A program made the translations under genes and the position numbers. Positions 10,179 through 19,878 of a DNA stretch of 64,000 bases are shown piece by piece. The notes beneath the pieces are model-generated. The model searched no databases and was not told where the DNA came from. It worked only from the letters and a program-made list of their open reading frames with translations. The DNA comes from Candidatus Bathyarchaeota archaeon (GTDB lineage: Archaea > Thermoproteota > Bathyarchaeia > Bathyarchaeales > Bathycorpusculaceae). Every line of letters starts with the position of its first letter. Position 1 is the stretch's first letter. The DNA lies in the NCBI GenBank assembly GCA_963767735.1, contig CAVYES010000006.1, forward strand, positions 96,001-160,000, given 5' to 3'.

Positions 10179-11477
10179 TTAAGATTTGTAAGTTATCTGG
10201 GAAGCCCTTAGATTGCCTTTTGATGCTTTTCTTCTCTTGCGAAAAGCTGTTACCAACGTTGTTCCTGCAACTACAACTATGACTACAAGAGTGATTATTG
10301 CTAACGAAAACTCTGGAATTGTAGGTATAGGAGATGGCGAAGAGCTATTTGTACTAATGATTTTAATAGCAGAGGTTTTTGCCAGCCAATTATCACCAAC
10401 CCCATTACTAACTGCAAACGTGTACCCTCCATCATCTGTTTGCAATACCGAGTAAACAGTTCCATTACATGCTATTTCCCATTGCAGGTTTCCATCTGAG
10501 TCTGTCTTAACTAAGTTTCCTGAAAACCCTCCACATGCTAAAGCGTATCCTCCGTCACTCGTTTGTATAACTGACCAAGCGACTTCACCTCCAAGTTCTC
10601 CGTACGTTTGATTCCAAAGCAACTTGCCATCCGAATTAGTCTTAATCATGAAAACTGTATTCGAACCGCCTGCCAAAACGTATCCTCCATCGCTGGTTTG
10701 AATAATCGAATTAGCTTCAAAGTAGCCTGAAGGTCCATTGTAGGTTTGGTTCCATAACATGTTACCCAAAGAGTCAGTTTTAATCAGCAAAGCATTACTT
10801 TCTGATGTGGAAGTTTCCACGAACCCTGCTAAAGCATATCCACCATCACTTGTTTGAACCATTGACGTGCAATAACTGACCGCTTCGCCTCCATAGGTGT
10901 GGCTCCACTGAATCTCGCCAGTCGAATTAACTTTAGCCAACCAAAAATCTCCATTACTGCTTCCCGCCATAATGTAATCCCCATCATTTACAGTAATCAA
11001 AGATGATACGTCTATTCCAGTGTAAGATTGTCTCCATTGCACATTGCCTTGGGAATCAAGTTTAACCAAGTAAGAAGAATTAGACGTACCGCCTGCAAGT
11101 GCAAATCCTCCGTCTGAAGTCTGTACAATCGAATTTGCTCCACCCCAGTTTGTATTCATTGTTGAATCGTAATCGAAACCAGCCATATTCCACTGTTGAT
11201 TGCCTGAGGAATCGACTTTAACCACCCAAAAATCTATTATGCCAACTGCAATTTCCATTCCCATGCCTGCTAATGCATAATCTCCATCAGTGGTTTGTAT
11301 CATCGAACGAATTGAACTTGAATCTCCTGTACTGTATGCATGTTCCCAAACAATAGGCGGGGCAGTCGATGAAGCAGAATTAGCGGTCGCCAAACTTGTT
11401 GGTTCCACGATTGCTGCTAAGAATATGAGTTCAAACACAAAAACAACTGCAACATATTTCCAGTTCATAGACAGCAA
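10179..11477 (-). CDS. Secreted beta-propeller-like repeat protein with a PEF-type C-terminal anchor
   Basis: Signal peptide; repeated QTSDGGY.LAG...L.K.DS.G...W; tail PTIPEF, TM helix, RKRRK. Confidence 0.85.
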   Translation of the reverse strand: MLSMNWKYVAVVFVFELIFLAAIVEPTSLATANSASSTAPPIVWEHAYSTGDSSSIRSMIQTTDGDYALAGMGMEIAVGIIDFWVVKVDSSGNQQWNMAGFDYDSTMNTNWGGANSIVQTSDGGFALAGGTSNSSYLVKLDSQGNVQWRQSYTGIDVSSLITVNDGDYIMAGSSNGDFWLAKVNSTGEIQWSHTYGGEAVSYCTSMVQTSDGGYALAGFVETSTSESNALLIKTDSLGNMLWNQTYNGPSGYFEANSIIQTSDGGYVLAGGSNTVFMIKTNSDGKLLWNQTYGELGGEVAWSVIQTSDGGYALACGGFSGNLVKTDSDGNLQWEIACNGTVYSVLQTDDGGYTFAVSNGVGDNWLAKTSAIKIISTNSSSPSPIPTIPEFSLAIITLVVIVVVAGTTLVTAFRKRRKASKGNLRASQITYKS

Positions 11478-11763
11478 TGACTATTGCATGCTTTCTTCTT
11501 TTATAAGTTGTTAAAGATTTACCTAAGAACACGTTTCATTAAGCTTTTAAGTTTAAGTCAGCCTTAAATCCAGTATTGTACAGAATAACTAAGCACTACC
11601 TTGAAGGAATCATTGCTATCTTGTAAATCTGGTATTATTTTAACCGTGACTTAAACTGTTAATAGCTATCTTTCCATGATACCAGAATTCTGGTTTGAGT
11701 CACATAAGAATCCATGAACTAATTACAAAAAGCCTTGAAGGTCGCACCTTTTCCTAAGTTTTA

Positions 11764-12210
11764 TTAGTTTTTCCCCAGCGCGGTTGTTCGTAACGCAAGT
11801 GATGCAATGTCAAGATACTCTTTTTTCTCCGCCTCAGTCAGATTGAGAATTAACTTGCTGTAATTCCTGCCTTGAGTGCCGTGAAAGAGTTCGTTCCTTT
11901 TTTCAGAGAAATTAAGAAGCGCTTTGTACTGAGTGTTATTCAATCTTTTGATTTTATAAAGAAAATCAATCTCCGGTCTAAAATGTCGTAAAACATAATC
12001 TATCTTCGGATTGCTCATCTCATGGTTAATATTTTCATTTTGAATATCAAGACCAAATTCATGGATAATTTTCTGGTCGATATCTGATTCAACCATTCCC
12101 CATGCATAGGTGAATGCTTCCAAGAATTTTTTTGCATATCTCAGATCCTCAAAATCTTTATCACCGGATGAAGGATAACCCATTCTACAGACCCTTCTTC
12201 GTTTTCTCAA
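11764..12210 (-). CDS. Putative HEPN-domain protein
   Basis: Small, apparently helical ORF with an R-N-x3-H motif (KRNELFHG). Confidence 0.5.
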   Translation of the reverse strand: MRKRRRVCRMGYPSSGDKDFEDLRYAKKFLEAFTYAWGMVESDIDQKIIHEFGLDIQNENINHEMSNPKIDYVLRHFRPEIDFLYKIKRLNNTQYKALLNFSEKRNELFHGTQGRNYSKLILNLTEAEKKEYLDIASLALRTTALGKN

Positions 12211-12288
12211 TATCTTGCTATGCAGATTTAAGACTTATCGTTCAAAAAGTCAAAAAAACTAAAGTTGTAGTAATAAGTCACTTTGTGA

Positions 12289-12888
12289 TTATGGAGTGTT
12301 TGTCCACACTGGAGTTATAGTCCAATTAGAGACAATGCCTTCGTGATAAATAGCAATTTCAACTGTAGTGGTTCCTTTACTATCTAAATTTCCAAGCTGT
12401 AATGAAATAGGACCTATAGCACCTGCTACATAAATGGTAGTTGCAGAGTCAGTTCCATATGCTCCGATATATTCCAAGGGAACAGTCATGTCTATTTCTA
12501 ATGTACCAGTAGCACTGTAAGCAACGACATGCAATCCTGCGTTGTATGCTTCATCTACTCCTGTATTAGTTACTGAACCTTTAATGAAAAGGTGATTATA
12601 TGTCTGTTGAGGAGGATTATTAGTTGTAGCATTACCTGATATTTCAGCTACCCCTAATGAAGCTACAAGGTGTGCAGATGTTAAATTTGTAACTTCAGAA
12701 TTAATGTTTGAAATTTGGCTGGTTAAATTGGCTATTTCATTATTTTGATTTACTATTTGATTGTTCAAAGAAGCTATTTCAGAATTTCTATCGCTCACTA
12801 CTCCATTATAATAAAATATAGTTCCAGCAATTGTACTTACAAAAAGTATAATTATCAAAACTGATACGGCTTTTATTTTTTTGTTCAT
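12289..12888 (-). CDS. Membrane-anchored coiled-coil/Ig-like protein (paralog of 15223-15813)
   Basis: N-terminal TM, Asn-rich heptads, L.I.G.VTN.G...AYN.GLHVVAY, ends V.NWTITPVWTN.P. Confidence 0.8.
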   Translation of the reverse strand: MNKKIKAVSVLIIILFVSTIAGTIFYYNGVVSDRNSEIASLNNQIVNQNNEIANLTSQISNINSEVTNLTSAHLVASLGVAEISGNATTNNPPQQTYNHLFIKGSVTNTGVDEAYNAGLHVVAYSATGTLEIDMTVPLEYIGAYGTDSATTIYVAGAIGPISLQLGNLDSKGTTTVEIAIYHEGIVSNWTITPVWTNTP

Positions 12889-13518
12889 TCAATCACTGAC
12901 ATTTCTGTATACCCTATTTCTCTTTCTTGCAAATACAATCGACAGCAACATTACTGCAAAAAGTGGTAGAATTATCAACAACGTTGGAAACTCTGGAATG
13001 GTAGCCGTTAGTGATGGTGTTGGGTTTTGGACTAAGAATTGAACAGGAATGGCTGATGCATTAAGAAGCAGATTCTTGCCATAGTACATGTTTGCTTCTA
13101 TAGAAATTTCATGCTGACCATTCGTTAAGTTGGAAATGTGAAGTGAGTAAGAGAATGATGGATTAGTTTTGAAGGTCCAATTACCGTAGCCGCCATAGTG
13201 GTCATTTGCAGTATCATTTGAGGCAATGCTGACAAAGGAACTGTTGTCAATTCTGTAGGCATAATTTCCAACCAATTCTAAATTACCAACTGGCAACAAA
13301 TCATATGTCCACGTTAATTTGAATATTAGAGGCATTGTGTTGTTATAGATTGCTTGACTATTTGGACTATATATTGTTAGACTAAAGGAACTGCCTGCTA
13401 CTCCAGTTGGGCTAACATAAGAACTTGATGTTTGTGCATAAACTATAGATTGAGTTAGGAGTGCCAAAATTAAAAAGAGGGCAACAAGCAATGAGAAACT
13501 CTTGCTGAAACTACCCAT
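12889..13518 (-). CDS. Secreted Ig-like protein with PEF-type anchor
   Basis: Signal peptide; YSP...IYNN, Y.ID, LTNG.H.I.I.A; tail IPEFP, TM helix, RKRN...RNVSD. Confidence 0.8.
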   Translation of the reverse strand: MGSFSKSFSLLVALFLILALLTQSIVYAQTSSSYVSPTGVAGSSFSLTIYSPNSQAIYNNTMPLIFKLTWTYDLLPVGNLELVGNYAYRIDNSSFVSIASNDTANDHYGGYGNWTFKTNPSFSYSLHISNLTNGQHEISIEANMYYGKNLLLNASAIPVQFLVQNPTPSLTATIPEFPTLLIILPLFAVMLLSIVFARKRNRVYRNVSD

Positions 13519-13538
13519 ACTTAGTATTAGGAAACTAT

Positions 13539-13671
13539 AGGCGATAAAAGGCTATTCGTATAACTTTCTTGACTGGGTTTAGTCAAACTTTCTTGACCAA
13601 CTCTTAGGTGCACAGGTACCTATTACGCGGTACCTCGGTACCTCAAGCAAGTTAGCGGTTTTTCGATGCCT
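13539..13671. repeat. About 130-bp intergenic repeat, copy A
   Basis: Aligns with 16870-16998: AGGCGATAAAAGGCTATT, TTTCTTGACT..TTTAGTCAAACTTTCTTGACCAA, CACAGGTACCT, GGTACC, ATGCCT. Confidence 0.92.
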
Positions 13672-13686
13672 TCTTCGTCATCAAGC

Positions 13687-14349
13687 CTAAAAATTCGCTG
13701 TGAAGTAAGTTACGTCAGTTGGGACATTAACTGTTGCGAATTGCATTTCTTCTCCCTGTGGTCCTTGATAAGAAATTGTGACATTGTATGATTGACCACC
13801 TACAAGCAGGATACTGTACTTGCTGTTTGAGATTGGCGTGCTTGATTGGGAATGTGAAAAAACGTAAAAAGTGATTGTGCCACTTTGGCAATAATGTACT
13901 GTGCCTGATACCACCACTTCATTGCTTGGTTCTGTTGATGGGTAAGGAGTGGGAGAATACACAGAAGAAATTATTGGCTCAGAGTTTGAGATTGTAGACT
14001 TGACATATAGAATCATTCGGTTGGAATTTACGCTGTCCACGACCATTTGAAGCCCTGCGAAACTGGGTCTACCTCCTTGATTTGCTCCGAAACTCTGGGT
14101 TGAGTTATTAATGAGCGTCTGAGCCGTCACTTGAAAAACAGGCATTGTTGCGGGAATTCCATTAAGAACATCATCATAAGTTATGTAATAGACAGTATTG
14201 CCAAATTTTATAGAATAGGTCTGAGCAATCGTAAGGGAGACTTTGGTATAACCTGAAAGCGAATCAGCAACAAAGAATTCATAGCCAACAACGGCTATAA
14301 CAACGATTGTCACCAATAAAACAACGGGTATGATTTTTTTCTTCTGCAT
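13687..14349 (-). CDS. Membrane-anchored secreted protein
   Basis: KKK plus TM at the N-terminus, Ser/Thr/Pro linker, beta-rich domains. Confidence 0.75.
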   Translation of the reverse strand: MQKKKIIPVVLLVTIVVIAVVGYEFFVADSLSGYTKVSLTIAQTYSIKFGNTVYYITYDDVLNGIPATMPVFQVTAQTLINNSTQSFGANQGGRPSFAGLQMVVDSVNSNRMILYVKSTISNSEPIISSVYSPTPYPSTEPSNEVVVSGTVHYCQSGTITFYVFSHSQSSTPISNSKYSILLVGGQSYNVTISYQGPQGEEMQFATVNVPTDVTYFTANF

Positions 14350-14447
14350 TCAATGGGTTCCTCTATTTCCTCATTTATCTCTTTGTATCAATGCCGATTT
14401 AGCTTTTGCTCTCTGCGCTTTTTGCCATCGCTTGATGTGGAAAAAGG

Positions 14448-15182
14448 CTATTCACCCAAGTGTGCATAACTGAAATCCTGTTCTTGCATTGTATCGCTTC
14501 CTGCTGGTGCATAAACGGTTAGATTTCCCATAAAGCCACTTGCGGAGAATGGATAAAACTCTGGAAGCCCATAATTAAAATTCACCGTTACGTTGTATGT
14601 TTCTTCATTTTTTAAAGCAATACTGTAACTGTAATAGCTGTAGTTGCTATCCTCAAAGTAAGGTACTACTGTGTAAATTACCATTGTCCTTGTGTCTTTG
14701 AACTGTAAGGAATCCATGCTTACAGCATAAGGTGACGTTACCACTATTTGTCCTGTAACTGTTACGTTTTTGTTTAGAACCGATATTATGCAGGAAGCAT
14801 TTGAAATTGTTGTATCGCTTGTTATTTTAACAGTTAAAGAGTAATTTCCACTTGGGGTAGAATCAGGAGCATTTATTGTTAGGGTGCTGTTGAATGAGGA
14901 ACTGCCAGTTGCTGGTGCAAAACTGTATTGCATGGAAGTTGAATTTAGCATGGCTGTTAAGGTTGTATTTTCAGGGTTACCTTTTGAATCAATGTTAACT
15001 TGGATTTGAGAACTGTTTCCTTGAATTACTTCTGTTTGGTTTGTTGAGAGGCTAAGGCTAATTCGTGTGGTGGTCAATTGATTGTATATTATTACTGCTC
15101 CAATCGATGACACTACAAGCACAACTAGAATTACGGAAGCAATGATGATGTTCCTCTGTTTCTTGTTCGAATTTTGAACCAA
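14448..15182 (-). CDS. Membrane-anchored Ig-like surface protein
   Basis: N-terminal TM; V.QG.S...STLTI.....TP.GNY.LTV. Confidence 0.75.
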   Translation of the reverse strand: MVQNSNKKQRNIIIASVILVVLVVSSIGAVIIYNQLTTTRISLSLSTNQTEVIQGNSSQIQVNIDSKGNPENTTLTAMLNSTSMQYSFAPATGSSSFNSTLTINAPDSTPSGNYSLTVKITSDTTISNASCIISVLNKNVTVTGQIVVTSPYAVSMDSLQFKDTRTMVIYTVVPYFEDSNYSYYSYSIALKNEETYNVTVNFNYGLPEFYPFSASGFMGNLTVYAPAGSDTMQEQDFSYAHLGE

Positions 15183-15222
15183 ATTATATCATTTCTTTTT
15201 ATGATTTAATTTTATTTAGTGA

Positions 15223-15813
15223 TTATGGTTCATTTGTCCACACGGGCGTTATAGTCCAATTAGAAACTGTGCCTTCGTGAAGAATACTCAGGTCAGGGTA
15301 CGAGTCTGAACCAATACTCACAGTCTGCTCACCGTCTACGACTCCAAGTACTTGGTTGTAACCGCCGTAATTTTTTAAAGCAAAAGCGTCAGTTGCAGCG
15401 TCACTTCCACGTATTCCACCGCTTAATGGAAAAGTCGCGTTTATGTCCAATGTACCATTGCTAAAGGCATCATAAGCAACAACGTGCAATCCTACATTAT
15501 ATGCTGTGCCTTTTCCTGAATTAGTTACTGTGCCAGTTATGTAAAGGTAATTATAAGGAATTGGAGTAGGGTTCCCATTATAATCCTTGCTCTCATTACC
15601 CAGTAGTTCATGTACCCCTAAATGTGCTGTAAGATTCACAGTTGGATAATTTGCTATTATACCGGTTAGCTTTGAAATTTGGCTGGTAAGATTTGCTATC
15701 TCATTATTTTGATAGGCTAATTTGTTGTTATAATAAGACATAGCTCCAGCAATTGCACTTACAAAGAGTACAGCTACAATCAAAACTGATATGGCTATTA
15801 TTTTTTTGTTCAT
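15223..15813 (-). CDS. Membrane-anchored coiled-coil/Ig-like protein (paralog of 12289-12888)
   Basis: Shares MNKKI.A.SVLI, QNNEIANLTSQIS, GLHVVAY and HEG.VSNWTITPVWTN with the other copy. Confidence 0.8.
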   Translation of the reverse strand: MNKKIIAISVLIVAVLFVSAIAGAMSYYNNKLAYQNNEIANLTSQISKLTGIIANYPTVNLTAHLGVHELLGNESKDYNGNPTPIPYNYLYITGTVTNSGKGTAYNVGLHVVAYDAFSNGTLDINATFPLSGGIRGSDAATDAFALKNYGGYNQVLGVVDGEQTVSIGSDSYPDLSILHEGTVSNWTITPVWTNEP

Positions 15814-16839
15814 TCAATCACTGACATTTCTAAGGCTATTTCTCTTTCTTGTAAACACAATCGATAACAGCATAACTGCAAAAAGTGGCAGAATTATCCA
15901 CGTTGGAAACTCTGGAGCGGTAGGTGTTGGGATTGGTGAAGTTGGTGTTGGAGTTGATAAAGTAGCAGAGATATCAACTTGGTGTATAAGCGGATAATGG
16001 TCAATGTTGTTTTCATCTATGACATGTGGTGTGTTTCCTATTCCTAAAGAGTCAATCTGAGAAGCATTAGGATATTTTGATTGGTAGTCGCTCCAGTAGT
16101 TTCCGCCAGAAGGATAACCATGATCCCAAATGTTCACGGAGGCAATACCAGTACCACTGAGTAAGCCTTCATCTTCTATTTGACCTGTGTTGTTTGTGAA
16201 GTTGTTGTGATAAATGCTATTGTTTGAGCTGTCATCTACATAAAAAGCATCTTTGGAGCTGTTCGTCATACTGTTTTCAACTATCAAGTTGTTCGAGGTT
16301 TCGTCGAGGTCTATTCCGACCATGATGTTTACTATGATGTTTCCAGTTATGATGTTTGAACTTCCACCATCAAAACCTATTGCACATGTGGGCAGAATCG
16401 AAGGGTGGTTGACATATGCTTGTGTTATTGTATTGTTTGTAACTGTGACATTTGACGTGTCATCTAATTCAATGCCAGTTACGCAATCTGTAATGATAAA
16501 GTTTTTCAGGGTTACATTTGCTACGTCACTTAGTGAAAGCCCATCTCCGTCGTCAGTGATGGTGGTTGAGCTAAGGGTGTGTCCGTTTCCGTCAAGTACC
16601 ATGTTGCTTCTCTGTACTGTTATGCAGATGCCTTCAACGCTTGTAACTTCGTCGCTTATCAAAGTGTAGACGTTTCCCGTTTGCTGGATGGGTGCTGTCG
16701 AAGGAGTTACACTACCGTCAGTATTAATGGCAATATCGCCTTGTGATTGGGTAAATTGAGCTTTAACCGGTCGAATGCAAACAACACCTAAAACCATAAG
16801 GCAAATGAGGATTAGGGCAAGAACGATGTTTTTTTTCAT
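15814..16839 (-). CDS. NosD/CASH-like parallel beta-helix protein with PEF-type anchor
   Basis: I..DGSV.P.TAPI, N-rich repeats, IYHNNF.NN, WD.GYPSGGNYWSDY, IDHYPL; tail APEFP, TM helix, RKRN..RNVSD. Confidence 0.9.
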   Translation of the reverse strand: MKKNIVLALILICLMVLGVVCIRPVKAQFTQSQGDIAINTDGSVTPSTAPIQQTGNVYTLISDEVTSVEGICITVQRSNMVLDGNGHTLSSTTITDDGDGLSLSDVANVTLKNFIITDCVTGIELDDTSNVTVTNNTITQAYVNHPSILPTCAIGFDGGSSNIITGNIIVNIMVGIDLDETSNNLIVENSMTNSSKDAFYVDDSSNNSIYHNNFTNNTGQIEDEGLLSGTGIASVNIWDHGYPSGGNYWSDYQSKYPNASQIDSLGIGNTPHVIDENNIDHYPLIHQVDISATLSTPTPTSPIPTPTAPEFPTWIILPLFAVMLLSIVFTRKRNSLRNVSD

Positions 16840-16869
16840 TCGTTTTCCTATTTATTATTAGGTTGTTAA

Positions 16870-16998
16870 AGGCGATAAAAGGCTATTTGTAAAAGTTTCT
16901 TGACTGAATTTAGTCAAACTTTCTTGACCAAAAAGTAGGTACACAGGTACCTGTTAGGCGGTACCGCAGTACCTCAAGTTAACGATTTTTCTATGCCT
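16870..16998. repeat. About 130-bp repeat, copy B (overlaps the 3' end of the PQQ-like gene)
   Basis: Aligns with 13539-13671. Confidence 0.92.
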
Positions 16999-18735
16999 AA
17001 GTATCACGGCAACAGAGAACACAGAGAGAAGCAAAGGCAAAATTGCAAACCAAGATAACTCTGGCACACTTTTTGTGTTGGAATTCGAATCACTGGGCGT
17101 CGGCGCGGGAGTAGAGCTGGCATCTGGTTGGGTTGGTGTGGGGGTTGGAGTTGGTGTTGAAACCGCCGTTTGACTGGGACTTGGAGTTGGACTAGACGAA
17201 CTGATGATCACAACTGCATTTGTGCAACTAGGACAATTTCTTGAATCCCCGCTGTAGCAAGCAACTATTGTTGCGAGTACACCAGTGTTGTCTGAGTAAG
17301 TGGTAGTGCTAGTTCCTGAAACTACACTTGTTGTTTTCTGGCTGAATACACCTGAGTTGGTGCTCGTTATCCACGTTATAGTTCCAGTGGGATCGTTTCC
17401 AGTTACAGTAACTGTTAAGGCAACGGGTGAAGTGCCGTACTCGGAAGTGACAGAAATTTGTGTTGGTTGCTGATTAAGCAATTCTGGATTGTAACCGAAA
17501 GCATAAAGGCTACCATCATCCGAGCCAATGTAAACTACACCATCTGCAATAGCTGGAGAAGACCGCATTCCACCTGTTGTGGCAGTCCATTCTAAGACAC
17601 CTGTGGAGGAGTTTAAGGCAAAGAAGTTGCCATTGCTCACTCCCATAACCCCGTCAAAAACAAGTCCGCCTGCAACAGCAGGGGAACCGAATATTAAGCC
17701 ATGAGCCGAATAGATCCAGACTTGACTGCCCGTCAAAGCGTTTAGCGCATATAAATTGCCTCCCGTTGACCCCACATAGACTATGCCATCATAAACTGCC
17801 GGGCAGGAATCTACTGGTCCGCCAGTTAGATAACTCCATAATTCGACTCCAGTGGAAGCGTTCAACGCATAAATATAGGAAGGGTTTAAAGCAGTCATAT
17901 TGCTGTCATCTGAGCCGACATAAACAATTCCTTGGGCAACTGATGGAGAAGATTCAACTTGACCGCTTGTGGTGAAATTCCATAATTGGATTCCAGTTGA
18001 TGCGTTAATGGCGTACGCGTTGCCGTCTGCTGAGCCAGTGTAAACAATTCCATTGGCTACCGCTGGTGACGTAAATACCGATTGTAACGCAATTGTGGAA
18101 TTTTCTTGGTAGACCCAAATTTTTGTTCCAGTTGTTGCGTTTAAAGCAAGGATTCCATAGCTGTTAAGTCCTGGGCCATAATAGGCAAGATTTGCATTTA
18201 CATAAACCACACCATCGACCACGGTGAGAGCAGACGAATATGCGTTAGCCTCGTAACTCCATATTTTGCTGCCCGTTGAAGCGTTTAAGGCATAGATATA
18301 CGAATCGTCGGTCCCTATGTAAACGACGCCATTCGAGACTGCCGGAGACGAACGTACATACAAGTATCCAGTCGTAAAATTCCAAATGCTCAAACCAGTG
18401 GAAGCGTTTACGGCATAAACTATTCCACTATCTGACCCAAAATAGACAATGCCACCAACAATTGCTGGCGAAGACACTATAGGAGATGGGCCTGATCCCC
18501 AAGAAGCTGGTGTCTGAGTGTTATAACCCCAAAGCGTCTGGTTGGTTGTTGGAACGGTTGAGCTTGAAGTGCCTGAATGGCTTGGGTCTGCGTGAAACAT
18601 TGACCAAGAATCGGCGCCTGTGCCCGTGCCATCGTTTTGCTGCGCCATAACATCGTGCTGATAAAATAAGCTTATACAGACCAGACTGGTTATCAAGGCC
18701 ATGGAGAGAATAGCTGCCATTGTTTTCTTTTTCAT
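16954..18735 (-). CDS. PQQ-like (BamB-type) beta-propeller surface protein with Ig-like domain and PEL anchor
   Basis: WSMFHADPSHSG; repeats SSPAV..G.VY.GS.D..YALNA.TG..W; PT linker; VPEL, TM helix, RHRK. Confidence 0.92.
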   Translation of the reverse strand: MKKKTMAAILSMALITSLVCISLFYQHDVMAQQNDGTGTGADSWSMFHADPSHSGTSSSTVPTTNQTLWGYNTQTPASWGSGPSPIVSSPAIVGGIVYFGSDSGIVYAVNASTGLSIWNFTTGYLYVRSSPAVSNGVVYIGTDDSYIYALNASTGSKIWSYEANAYSSALTVVDGVVYVNANLAYYGPGLNSYGILALNATTGTKIWVYQENSTIALQSVFTSPAVANGIVYTGSADGNAYAINASTGIQLWNFTTSGQVESSPSVAQGIVYVGSDDSNMTALNPSYIYALNASTGVELWSYLTGGPVDSCPAVYDGIVYVGSTGGNLYALNALTGSQVWIYSAHGLIFGSPAVAGGLVFDGVMGVSNGNFFALNSSTGVLEWTATTGGMRSSPAIADGVVYIGSDDGSLYAFGYNPELLNQQPTQISVTSEYGTSPVALTVTVTGNDPTGTITWITSTNSGVFSQKTTSVVSGTSTTTYSDNTGVLATIVACYSGDSRNCPSCTNAVVIISSSSPTPSPSQTAVSTPTPTPTPTQPDASSTPAPTPSDSNSNTKSVPELSWFAILPLLLSVFSVAVILRHRKIVNLRYCGTA

Positions 18736-18905
18736 CGGCTTTCCGACTATGCCACTATGCAATAATTACGTATATCAGTTTATCGCTAATATGCATTCAC
18801 ATGAGAACAAAACAACAACTCAGCCCAGCATGATGGGCGCTAAAGCAGGAGTTTGCCTTTTTTCCGCGCGTGCAAGTATTTCAGGGGGTAGCTAGTGAGC
18901 ATTCT

Positions 18906-19865
18906 CTATGAGTTCTGACGATGGTTTCTTCTTTTTTTGAAGGCTATGACGGCGATTATGAAGATAATTGGTAAGCTTACAGCTACCAAGATTTCGATGT
19001 TTGAGTTTATTGGTGTTTCGGGCGCCTGTTCGGAAGGAAGCTGCATTAGCGGATGGTTATCGGGGATTTTGCCGTTAACTAAATACGGGACGTCTCCTAT
19101 GTCGCTACCATTTGTGGCGGTTCCGTTATAGTCACTCCAGTAGTTGCCATCAACGTTAATCCCCCATGGATTTGTTTCGTTTAGGGATGCTGGGCAGTGG
19201 CAACCGTTAATTTGGTTGGTATTGTTGATGAAGTAGTTATTGTCTATAGTTATGTTTGAGTACGGAGTCGCTGGACTGCCTATCCCCACAAAAAGACCAT
19301 CCGTGTTATTTTCGATGTAGTTTTTGGTGAAGCAGTTTTGTGAACCCGCAACTAAGATGCCAACTATGTTTCCCTTTACTGTGTTCCCTGAGATAGTGTT
19401 ATTTTGTGTCCAAATGTACATGCCGATGCTGAAGTTCTCGACTTTAATATTCTCGATTTTTAAGTCAACTATGTTGCTACCTGCTACGTCGATACCTATA
19501 GTCCATGGAACTTACGGTCCCATTTGCAATACCCGGAGGCCCAGAGCCTATGATCCAAAGGCTAGTCATTGTTCCATTAAATGTTCCTTGAAGGGTATGG
19601 CCATCTCCGTCCAAAGTAACACCACTTTTTTCTATCACGATTGAGGTGTAAATATTTTCGGTTAATGTGTAGGTGTCTCCTTCAATTGTATTGGCGCACC
19701 CGCTGGAATTACGTTGCCGTCTGGCTGGATAAATATCCTGTTATCTGCCGCATCGCCCTTAACGAATCCAATAGACAAAAATGATGAAAACAAAAGCAGA
19801 AGGGACGCGCAAAGTGTTAGAGCATTTCTCAAAGTTTTTCTCAAGGTTTTAACACTCTTCATCAT
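18906..19865 (-). pseudogene. Frameshifted NosD-like beta-helix surface protein
   Basis: The N-terminus (signal, IFIQPDG.V.P..API) is in ORF 19662-19865 and the C-terminus (GNYWSDY...DNHPL, TM) in ORF 18906-19421; the middle is disrupted. Confidence 0.8.
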
Positions 19866-19878
19866 TGTTTTGAATTTT

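Noticed and set aside
13539-16998. Integron attC interpretation of the 130-bp repeat (CGCTAAC...GTTATAC in copy A)
   Set aside because: Copy B lacks the GTT box, end-to-end complementarity is poor and no IntI is present.
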